Shown here: piece by piece, positions 1 through 12,000 of the stretch
Position numbering within the stretch: the stretch's first letter is position 1
Layout of the letters: each line of letters opens with the position of its first letter
NCBI GenBank assembly: GCA_027622665.1
Contig: JAQBYT010000036.1
Span: forward strand, 1-42,221
DNA: 42,221 nt
Direction of reading: 5' to 3'
Origin: Verrucomicrobiota bacterium
GTDB taxonomy: Bacteria; Verrucomicrobiota; Verrucomicrobiia; Opitutales; Seribacteraceae
Made by a program: the position numbers and the translations under genes
The notes under the pieces: generated by a model
Told to the model about the DNA's origin: nothing
Databases searched by the model: none
What the model saw: the letters and a program-made list of their open reading frames with translations, nothing else

Positions 1-1
1 G

Positions 2-3000
2 GGTGGCACCACGATCGTGAATGCCGGAGGCGGTTTCAGCAACACTCCATGGGAACTCGAGCCTAGAGGCGCGGGCGGATCTTATGCGGGTCAAGGAACC
101 GGACCTGTTGCCAACGATCGCAACGTAGTCGTAGGCTCTACTTACGGTGACCGCAAATTGGAGGCCATCTTCGGGGGCGCAGGCGGTTCCGGAGCCAGTG
201 GTTGGTGGGACGGCGGACAGCAGCGCGAACGCGGTGCAGGCGCAGGCGGCGGTGGCGGTGGAGCCATCGAGCTTTCGGCAGACGGAAACGGCTCCGTGAC
301 CATCGGGACCAACGTAAAGATTCTAGCCTACGGGGGTGGCATTCCCTTGCTCGGCCACGCCAGCAACGCCATCAACGGATGGAACGGCGGCAACGGCGGC
401 GGCGGCGCGGGTGGCGCCATCCGCATCGAGGGCAATAACATAACCAACAACGGCTTCCTCTCCGTAAAGGGAGGCAAGCGCGGTCACGACTTCTACGGCG
501 GAGCAGGTGGCGGCGGTCGCATCGCTCTTATCGCCCGCAAAGCTCTCGTACCCGGTCAATACGACATCTCGGGCGGCGCCAATGCGGACGAATCCGTAAC
601 CGTGGCGGGCGACGGCACACTCTACGTAGAAGCCACCGAGGGCGGCATGGCCGTACTCGAGGCAGTCTCCGGTTCGGTGGTCATCGACACCTCGGCCGGC
701 ACCCTACTCTACAGTGGTCCGGCAGGCAGCGGTCTGGCCTTCGGCACGGTCGAGGACAAGATCATATCGTCCGGCGGCTCGGACTATTCCTACGCCGTAT
801 GCACCTTCACCTTCGACCGAATCAACTTGGCTGGCTCCGTGATCGTGCAGGTAAAGGGCATGAACTCCCTCACCTTGGCGACACGCAACCATGGAAACAT
901 CACCGTGGCCGCGGACCTTACCCTAACCGGCTCGACCGACAGTTCCGCCATAGCAGGTGGCTGGAAAGGCGGAGGAGCCGGAGGAGCGGGCGAAGGTCCC
1001 GGAGGCGGACAGCTTACTACCGGAGCCGGTGCTTCCTACGGCGGTCCCGGCACGGGCGACGCAAGCCCCGTAACTTACGGCGACTTCGACCTCAACGCCA
1101 CCGTGGGTGGTTCCGGTGGTTCCAATTCGGGCGCAGGCGGAGGAGGCTCGATCAGCTTCAAAGCGCACGGCACCGGCGACGTGACCTTCGCTTCTACCTC
1201 CAATATCGTGGCGAACGGCGGAAACGGCGACGCCATCGCCAACGGCTCGGGCTCGGGCGGTTCCATCCGCGTCGAGGGCGATACCATATCCAATGCGGGC
1301 CAACTTCAAGCCAAGGGCGGTGCCGGCAGCGGCAAAGCGGGCGGCGGCGGACGCATCGCCATACACACGACCAAGGAGGTCGTGTTCGGCGACGTCGACG
1401 CGGGCAACGGCTCCGTCGCCGTAATCGGCGACATGGGCATAAAGACTTTGGAATACACCACGGGCAAGCTCGTCTTCGACACGGGCGGCGCCTCTTGGTT
1501 CCACTATGCGGGCAAGCATGGCCAAGGCCAAATAATGGGCGGCTACAACTTCAACGGCAAAGACATCAACGCCGCCGTGTTCGAGTTCGAGAAAATCGAT
1601 ATCGGGGCCGACGTCGAAGTGGTCGTCACCGGTCCGAACGCGCTCGTCCTGAAGGAAACCAACGGTTCGGGCATCGTAATCAAGGCCCACATCCGTCACG
1701 ACTTAGCCGACTCCGGTCTATCCATCGAGTCCGACGGAATTGTCACGCTCGGTCGCGACGACGGCACGACCGCCACCTTCTCCACCAACGGAGCGGGCGG
1801 CACGCTGCAGATTCGCGGTCATGGCATAATCAACAAGGGAGCCTTCGAGGCCAAGGGAACGGGCGGACGAGTCATTCTCGCCTACGCCGCCGCCTTCGTG
1901 GGCGACGCGGGCACCATAGACGCCGGGCAAACGATCCACCTCACCTTGCCTTCGATCTTCGGTACCCTCGACGTAAACGCCACCTACCTCATCCGTACGC
2001 CAATTCCCAACGAGGAGCACATGACCGCATGGTTCCGCTTCGAGGAAGGAAGCGGCACCAAGACCTACTCCGACGTGGGAGGCTACGAAGGTGTATTTCA
2101 AGGTCTGAACGGCAACCTGCCCGAGTTCGTCGACGGCAAGTTCGGCAAGTCCATAAAGTTCACCCGACAAGAGTGGGTCTACACCGACGCCAAGCCTGCC
2201 GACATGAACGTAGACGGGAAGAAGCCCCGTACCGTATCCTTCTGGTTCTACACCTACAACGGCCAAGGCAGCGAAGCCGGCCTATACGGCTATGGCGACC
2301 AAACCTGCGACTACGGCGAAAACAACAATTGGTCGCTTCGCAACTTGGGTCGAGACAACTACAAGAGGCTTATTTCGCAGCACTGGTGCTGGGATCCGGA
2401 GACTGAAAGATGGAACGGGAATGACGACCAGTACAAGGACAAGTGGGTTCACGTAGCTCATATCTACACCGGAAGCAACGCGGATTCCAGGGTCCAGCTC
2501 TACTTCAACGGTGTCATGAGAAACAACTGGGTGCGCACTCAGATAAACACCACCCAAGACAACAGCAACCAGTGCAAGTTACAGCTTGGCCGCTGGACCA
2601 CATGGGACAACGAGCTCCGCACTATGAACGGTATGCTGGACGACTTCCGCATCTATGCCAAAGCGCTCGACGCTTCCGAGATCGGAGCCATATACAACAA
2701 TGGGGACGGCGACGGCGCCGTGCCGCCAAACAACGTATTCTCGATACAGGCAACGCAAAATGCGAATCGCTTCACGGCCGCGGGCTTGCCCGCCGGACTG
2801 TTGTTGGACGACCGCACAGGTAAGATAGCAGGCGCCACCACAGCCGTGGGTGATCACAATGTAACCATTAAGGCAGGTAACTTCCTCGGTTTCAGCGATC
2901 CACAAATCCTGACAGTCAAGGTACTTCCGATTGCTCCGACATTCTCCACCGACGCAGCCGACTTCACCTCTTCCGACGTCTTGGGCAACTCCGCCGCTCT

Positions 3001-6000
3001 TAACTTCAAGATCACCGAGGTGGGCGGCGAGGACGCCAACGTGACCGTCTACTACGACAGTTCCGACAAGGGTACCGTTGCAGGCGACTGGGGTTCCAGC
3101 GAGAACATGAGCACCTTCCAAGGAGTAGGCGACTTGAGCGCCTCGCTCACAGGCTTGTCTCTAGGCACCGCCTACCACTTGCGTGTTCAAGCCAAGAACT
3201 CCGCCGGAGAAGGCTGGACTCCCAACTCCATCACCTTCACGACCAGCGCCACTCCCCTGCCCCCGGTCGTCACGGTCTACGATGCCAACGCCACTACCTT
3301 CACCACCACGGGAGCCACCCTCATAGGTCGCCTCCGTTCTCATGACGCCACCGACGCTCCCACCGTTACCCTCTACTACGGTCTCGTAGACAAGGGTCTG
3401 ACGGATGCGGGTTGGGACGGCAACGTAGTGGTCGGCGCCGTGCAAGCGGGAGCCGATTACGCCAAGCCCGTAACCGGACTGGCAGGCGGCAAGCAGTACT
3501 ACTACCGAGCCAAGGCCGCCAACTCGGCGGGCACCTCCTATTCCTCCCTAAAAGCTACCTTCGTAACCGTCGGCACACCCGCCGTGGAGACGGCGGTCGC
3601 CTCCAACGTTACGCCAACGGAGGCCACCATAAACGCCAAGATTGTCGGCACGGGTGGGGTAACCCTCCAGCTCGAGGGCAAATGGCAGGCCAAGACGTTG
3701 GCCGGCATGGGCATCTGGTTCGACGCCTCCGCCATCGAGGGCGTAGCCGACGGCGGAGCGATCTCCAGCTGGCTCGACATATCGGGCAACGGTCGCCACA
3801 TGAACAACGTGTACGATGACCCCGTTCTCCGCACTTCCGAATCCACCCTGAACAACAAGCCGGTGGTCGACTTCAAGGACGAAAACGACCGTATGTGGAC
3901 CAGCTACAACTTCCGCGACGGAGCCGAGGTAGGCAAATGGCGAGCCGAGGGTTACACCGCCATCGGCATATCCCGCTACAGCGGCAACGTGAATTCCGGT
4001 CAAAGCGAGCGCGTGATCGCCTCCAACGGGGGCAACTGGCTCTTCGGCCACGATGGCCAGATCACCAACCGCTTCCACTTCGACGGCTGGATCGACGACG
4101 GCGACAACGTCCGCGACACCAACTGGCGCTTGTATATAGCCAAGCACCAAGGCAAGGACACCGCTGGCGATCCCGCCTGCATCATTTACGACACCGGCGA
4201 AGAACGCGCGGACAACCAGCCCGCCACCGGTTCGAACAACGATTGGTTCATGCCGCAGCAGCTCGAGTTCGGCGCCATGAACAACAACGGATCGAACTCC
4301 GTTTGCCAGATCGCCGAGTACATGATGTACTACGGTGAATTGGCGGATGGCGACCGCCAGTTGCTGGAGGGCTACTTGACGGCCAAGTATGGTCTCACCC
4401 TGCCCGACGGACACCCCTACAAGGGTGCCGGCAACCCGCTTGACAGCGAGGTGGAAATCGGGGGCGAGAACGCCACCGTGAAGCTCTACTGGGGCGACGA
4501 CAACGGGACTGCCAACGGGAACGTATGGGACAACACCGTGACCGTATCCGGAACTCATCCGCGTGGCACAGTCGGAACCGACATCACGGGCTTGACCAAT
4601 GGCGCGACCTACTACTTCCGGGCATTCGCATCCAATGGAGCGGGCGACGTCTGGGCAAGCGACACCAATAGCTTCAAGGCGACCAACACCTTGCTCAACA
4701 AGGATACCGTACCCGGCTTAGTATTCTGGGTAGCCGCCGACGACGTCGACGGAAACGGCGTGGCCGATTCCTTGGCCGACGGAGCTCTCGTTCATGAGTG
4801 GAAGGACAAGTCGGACAGCGGACTGCTGGCCAAGCAACTATCCAGCTCTTCCGCTCGTCCGAGCTACCAGACTCAAGAGTTCGGGAAGCGGGCATCCATT
4901 CGCTTCGACGGGGTGAACGACAACCTCTTCCTCGACGCCGCCGTACGCGACTCATTGGGAGGTGTGAGCACTTTCGTGGTCTCCAAGCGGATCGAGAAGC
5001 AGGACGGCGGAGCCGCTACCAGGATTCTCGGAACTTCGGAGTTCGACGTTCTTTCCGGAGTGGAAGAAGCCTTCGAAGCTAGGATCGACACCTACTCGGC
5101 TGCCGAGAACAAGATCATCAACGTAAAGATTGGTCGCGAGGACGCGACCGCCTCCGAGTACTTCTCGGGCGACGTAGCCGAGGTACTCATCTTCAACCGA
5201 GCTCTCACAACACTGGAGACGCTAATGGTGCAGGGCTATCTCGCCCACAAGTGGAGCGCCACCGACAGCCTGTTGGCCTCTCACCCGTACAAGGGAGTGG
5301 CCCCGAGCTTCGACAACAGCCCGATACTCTCGATGGTTCAGGGTGTTGACGGGTTTGACGCGCCTTCTCGCGACGGTCTGCTCGGCGAGTGGCTCTTCGA
5401 CGACGGCAACCTCAACGACACCTCGGGCAACGACTATCACGGCGCCACCAACGGCGCCGCATACGTAACCGAAACAAACTCGGGTACGGGCAAGGCCATA
5501 AACCTGAACGGCAACAAGTACGTGAACGTGGACGACGGCCAAGGCCAGACCGTATTCGGCGGCGGGACCAAGTTCAGCATCAGTGCGTGGGTGAAGGAAG
5601 AACCCGACGGCGACTGGGAACCATGGATCTCCAAGCGAGGCGAAGGTGGCAGGGGCTGGCAGTTGCGAAAGAGAGTTGCCAACGAGATTACCTTTACCAC
5701 CCACGGACCGGGAGGTGGCGACGGCAACTTTAGGAAAACGGCCACCGGTCCGGTCGTGAACGACAACGAGTGGCACCACTTGGTGGCCGTGCACGGTCAC
5801 GACGGCGGCAAGCAGCGAATCTACTTGGACGGAGCCCTCTTTCACGAGCAGACCCATAGCGGCTACATCAACGCCACCGGTTCTCAACTCGTGTTCGGCG
5901 CTCGCGACAACTCGGACAACGCCGGGAACGCCATTAACATCGGCAACCACTCCAATACCTACTTGGACGACATCCGCTACTACAACCGCGCCCTCACCGA

Positions 6001-9000
6001 GAACGAGGTGGCGGTCATGGGTGGCGCCCTCCTCAACAAGATCGAGGGCAACTTCGCGAACGCCTTCGATTATCAGGTGCAAGCCGTACGCGGCCCCGAC
6101 ACTTTCTCCGTAACGGCAGGCGCCCTGCCCGACGGACTGACCATGGATGCCGCCGGCAAGATAACGGGCAATCCGAGCAAGACGGGCGACTTCAACGCGA
6201 CGATCAAGGTATTGAATAGTTCCGGTTTCAACGAAAAGGTCTATTTCTTCCGCATTCATCGCGGTACGCAGAGCATCACCTTCACGCCCGACTTCGGGAA
6301 CAAGACCTACGGTGACGCCAACATGACGTTGAGCTCCACTAGCTCGGCAGTCGGTCGCTCACCGGTGTTCCGTAGCAGCAATTCCACCATCGCATCCATT
6401 TCGGGCAACCCCGTTCTGGTACCAACGGTGGACTCCGGCTTGATCGCCCACTTCCGCTTCGAAACCGGTTCGGGGACCACGGCCAAGAACGACTTCGGCT
6501 TGGACGGTACGCTGAACAACATGGTCGCCGCCGACTGGGTGGACGCCAAGTTCGGCAAGGGTCTCGATTTCGACGGTTCCAATGATTACGTGGAAGTGGA
6601 CAAGAGCGTAGGCGAACTCAAGAACATCACCGTTTCCTTCTGGGTGAAGCCAACTCAAATGGCTTGGGACCAAATCATCAGTAAGGTTGCCAGCGGAGGC
6701 AGCGGCAAGGGTTGGGCGTTCCGAGTGAGTAGTGCCGGTGAACTCCGCATGCGAGCAGGTAGTAGCGGCAGCACTTCAGAGGTTACGTCTCCCGTGGCCA
6801 AATACGCCCAAGGCGTGTGGACACACATGGTGGGAACTTTCGACTCGAATACACGTTACGCCAAGGTCTATGCAAACGGCACGCAAGTCGCCTCGGAAAC
6901 ACTAAGTTCCGGGCGCACTTCCTTGGAAGGCGACACCGTCCTCCGTTTCGGTGTACCGCTCAACCAGAACACCAACGACAAGTACACGGGTATTCTCGAC
7001 GACGTTCGCATCTACGACAACGTACTCGATCCCGCCGACGTGGCCTCCATATACGGCGACGGCGACGGCGACTGGGTGACCTACTACGACGGCAACAAGC
7101 TCGCCTTCAATAAGGCGGGTCAAGTCAACATCATTGCTTTCGGCGCCGCCGACGCCGACGTAGCATCGGGTGCCGCGGTATCTCGTCCGTTGATCATCGC
7201 GAAGCCTGAGATTACCATCACCGCGGACGACAAGAGTCGCAAGGTCAACGAGGCCAACCCAGCCTTCACTTACGTTGCGACTGGTTTCGTAAGCGGTGAA
7301 ACTGCCTCCGTAATCACCACCGCACCCACCCTTACACCGAAGGACGGCAGCGGGGCGACGATCGCCGATAATTCCAACGTTGCAGGCAGCTACACGATCG
7401 TACCTAGTGCGGCAGTTGCCGAGAACTACGTGTTCAAGTACGTGAACGGCGATTTTATCATCGATGCTCGTACCGCCCAGACCATTACTTGGTCGCAGGA
7501 CTTGTCGAGCGTATCATTCGGCGACACCGTGGCCTTGACCGCGACCTCCAGTTCCAACTTGCCCGTCACCTACGAGATCGAGACGGAAACGATCGCCTCG
7601 CTGGTTGTCACCCGAGATTATCACCTCGATGCCTGGTGGCGTCTGGACGAGACTACGGGTACGACCGGTTCGGACAACTCGGGGAACAGTCATCCGTTAC
7701 TTCTCGTCGGCGGACCCACTTGGAAAGTCGGCAAGTTCCGCAACGGCTTGTACTTCGACGGAATCAACGACTATGCTCAAGCCTTCTCCTACAAGGGAGT
7801 TACGGGGACGGCCAAACGCACCTACTCCTTCTGGCTGCAGACGAATACGGCCAACCGAGGCATTCTTTCCTCGGGAGCTTCATCCGGTGCCGGTTGCTTC
7901 GCCCTCACCCTCGATGGTTCGGGCAAGCTGAAGGTCGACTACGGTAACGGTTCTCTCCTCTCCACCATCGCCGTGACCGACGACGTTGGGCACCAAGTGG
8001 TGGTGACCCTGCTTAAAGAAGGCAAGGTGAACGAAACCAAGATTTGGATCGATGGAGCCGACAAGACGGGCACTGCCACCAACGGAACCAATGCGGTGAC
8101 CACAAACGCCACGCAGGATGTAATTCTGGGTAAAGTCGGTGTTTCCTATTTCAAGGGAACACTGGATGACGTCCGCGTATACGTCGGTGATCTTAAGGAG
8201 GAAACCGACAATATGGAAATCACCGCGATCTACAGCGGTGGATTCGGCGATTTCAACAAGATTCGCATCATCGGCACGGGCACGACCAAAATTACGGCCG
8301 ATCAACCAGGTGACCTCGCTTATGCACCTGCCCTCGACATCGAGAAGACGATCACGGTGTCCAAGCAGAACCAGTCGATCACCTTCACACCTATGCCGAA
8401 TAAATCCGTCGGTGACTTCGACTTCGATGCAGGCGCCACGGCCAGCTCGACTCTGCCGATCAGTTATGCCAGCTCGGATACGAACATCGCCCAAATCATA
8501 GGTCCCGACAACGATGGCGACTTCTCACCCGATCCCGGAACTCAAAAGATTCGCATTCGTGCCGCAGGTACCGTGACCATTACGGCCAGTCAAGCGGGCG
8601 ACAGCATCTACAATGCCGCCACCAACCTGCAGCAGACCTTGACGATCAACTTCTACAACCTGTTCCCGGATTCCATAACGGGCATGGAGTTCTGGTTCGA
8701 CGGTAACAACGTGAATGCCGACACCTCGGTAGACGTGATCGTAGACAATTCTGCGTTCTTCACCTGGAACGACATGTCCGGCAACACTCGCAACGCGGTG
8801 CAGGGAGATGCTGCCAAAATGGGTATTTACAAGCTAAACAGCTTGAACAGCAAAGGAACCATTCAGTTCGATGCGGCCGACACCTTGGACCTGCCCTCCA
8901 CTTCGGGCATCAAGATGGTGTTTGCGGTGATCAAGCAGGATTCGGGGCAGTCCGCCGTGACCAAGCCGTTCGGCGGTGATCTCGAGGCGACCACTTCGGG

Positions 9001-12000
9001 TGGTAAGGTCGGACTCAAGCGAACCGGTGCCGCCACCGGCATGATCGATTCAGGAATAAGCTCTCAAGCTTTCAACGTGGTAGTTTGGCAAGCAGATGCC
9101 GGATCCTACGCCCTGTACGTCAACGGTGGCGACCAAGGCCAAGGTACGGAAGCCCAAGCAATATCCGCACTCGATAAGATCGCCAACGACATGAAGGGGT
9201 CAATCGCCGAGGTCGTGGGCTACGACCGCGTATTGCCTTCGCTTGCCCGCCTGAAGATCGAGGCTTATCTCGCTCACAAGTGGGGTCTGCAAGGTTTGCT
9301 TCCGGCCGATCACAAGTACAAGAGCGATTTGCCAACCTTCGGCGGCGCTCAGGAAGTTGTCTTCCAACCACTGGGAGACAAGACGCCCGAGAGCGCTCCC
9401 TTCCAATTGTTGGCTGAGTCGAGCTCGGGACTCCCCTTGACCTTCGAAAGCAACAATACCTCTCTGGCTACCGTTTCGGGTAATACGGTGACCGTGATCG
9501 CCAAGGGCTTGGTCGGAATCAAGTCAATTCAGGCTGGCGACGGTAACTGGTGGCCTGCCGACACCACGCAGACCTTGAACATCACGGACGCTCCTCGGAA
9601 GGATCAGCACATCGTCTTCGCCGCTATTCCCGACAAGACCGTTCTCACGGCCAACTTCGACTTGAATGCGACGTCCCTCCGTAGCGACAACAATGAGACG
9701 ACCGGGTTGACCGTGGCTTTCATCAGCACGAATACCGCCGTCGCCACGGTTGCGGGCAAGACGATCACGATCAAGGGACAAGGCACCACCACTCTGCGAG
9801 CTTCGCAGGCAGGTGACAACCAGTTCAATCCCGCGTCCTTCGCGGAACAAGAACTGAAAGTCACCAAGGTTGGTCAAACCATCACCTTTGCAGCCATCCC
9901 TTCGAAGAAATTAAGTGACGGCACCTTTAGCTTGACCGCCAGTTCGGACTCGGGACTACCAATCACATTCAACAGTTCCAACTCTACCATGGCATCAGTT
10001 GCAGGTAACGTGGTGACCTTGAATGCTGGGGGTACCGTCTCCATCGCCGCAACTCAAGCGGGCGACGTGACCTATGACGCGGCATCCGCCGTAAGCCAAA
10101 CGCTGACCATTCAGGATGACTCACTACAGGAGCAAACCATCACTTGGACTCAAGATCTGTCCGGTAAACGTTTCGGAGATGCTGACATCACTCTAAATGC
10201 TACTGCAACTTCTACCGGACCGGTAACTTACGCGAGTTCAGACACTGCCGTAGCGACTATCGTAGGTGGCAATAAGTTGAGAATTACGGGGGCTGGTTCC
10301 GCGACGATTAACGCATCACAGGTCGGTGGCAGTATCGGAGGAGATGAGTGGCAAGCAGCTTCTCTTTCCAAGAGCATGACCATTGCAAAATCGACTCAGA
10401 ACATCGTCTCCGCAAACAATGGATCAAATCTCTTGAACCTAGTTATGAGTGCGGGCGACTTCGATTTTGATCCCGGAGCAAAGTCCATTGACGCAGTAAG
10501 CAGTGTGGCTACGGGTCTGCCCGTAACTTATGCGAGTTCAAATACTAGCGTAGCCTTGATTATAGGTGGCGGCAGCAAGGTTCGGATAGCAGGCCCGGGT
10601 TCAGTAACAATTACTGCATCCAGTGCTTCTACTTCTGGCTACGATGCTGCGACAGACAAGACATTTACGATAACGGTTAACGAGTACAACATGTACGCTG
10701 ACTCCGTTGCCGGATTGCTGTCTTGGTTGGATGGAACTGATGTCAACGCCGACGGACAATCCGAAACGTCATCGGACTTCACTCAAGTGGGTGGAGTCGC
10801 AAAGGTGAGTCTCTGGGGAGACCGTTCGGGTAAAGGCAATAACTTGACTCAAAGCAATACCGCCAATATGCCAATTTATTTACCAAGCCTAGGGAATGCG
10901 GTACTGAAACCGTTTGTAGCATTTGGTCCAACCTTAACTTCGACCAGTTCGACGCACCTTCTGGGCTCTTTGCCTGCGACAATAACAGGCAGTCCTTCCA
11001 TTACTGTACTGGTTGCGGCAATGTCGGGGAATGATTCCGCAAGCAAGCTGGTTCATTTCGGAGCAACTGCGGGAACAGCCGGTCAAGTAATGGGATTGGC
11101 TCAGGATAGCTCATTCAACTACAATAACGGGAAATTGGCATTCGGCGGTAATTTCATGGATGCAAAAACTGTGGGAGCTTTTCGTCGGAGTAGTCCAACC
11201 ACTCATGCCGATGGAGATTTCTTTAGAAACGGCGCGGCAGTAAGTGGAACCGTTACAAATGGATCGAATACATTGAATATTCCTTCCACTGGAAACCGAG
11301 AGATATTGGTAGGTTCAGGTCGTGGAACAAATGGAGCTCTAAACGACTTTTTCGATGGGGCGATTCTGGAAGTGATTATCTTCGACGTTGCTTTGGACGA
11401 CTGGAATATTCGCCGACTGGAAGGATACCTCGCTCACAAGTGGGGTATGCCAGGTAGTCTGCCATCCAATCATGCCTTCCGCAACCAGCCGCCAACCTTC
11501 GGTGGAACTCAAACCATCACTTTGGCATTCGAGGACTTGTCTGTTGATTCCGAGAGCGGTCTTTCTCAGATCAGCGACCTAGCCGACGCCTTCTATCCAA
11601 AAGGTTCACATGCCAGTTCGGGACTTCCACTGACTTTGACGTCTTCCAACTCGGCCATAGCTGCAATCGTAAACGGCCGAATCAATCCGGTCAGCGTAGG
11701 CACTGTCACCATTACCGCCACACAAGCGGGAGACTCTCACTTCTCTGCCGCAACTACAGTGACCAAGCAGCTAAAGGTCATCACGAAGCCACCGCAAACC
11801 ATCACCTTCACCGATCCCGGTGAATTGGGTCAAGGTTTGTCGGCAAACCTTGTGGCCACCTCGGATTCTAACCTCACCGTGACGCTTGCGATAACCGCGG
11901 GAGCGGACAAGGCGACCCTAAACGGTACGACGCTTACAGGCACTGCCCTCGGCAATGTGACGATACAGGCTACTCAAGCAGGTAACAATGATTACTTAGC

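Noticed and set aside
799..2406. 535-aa Arg-rich ORF and many antisense ORFs overlapping the giant gene
   Set aside because: Shadow frames caused by GC-rich, C-ending codon bias; no recognisable motifs
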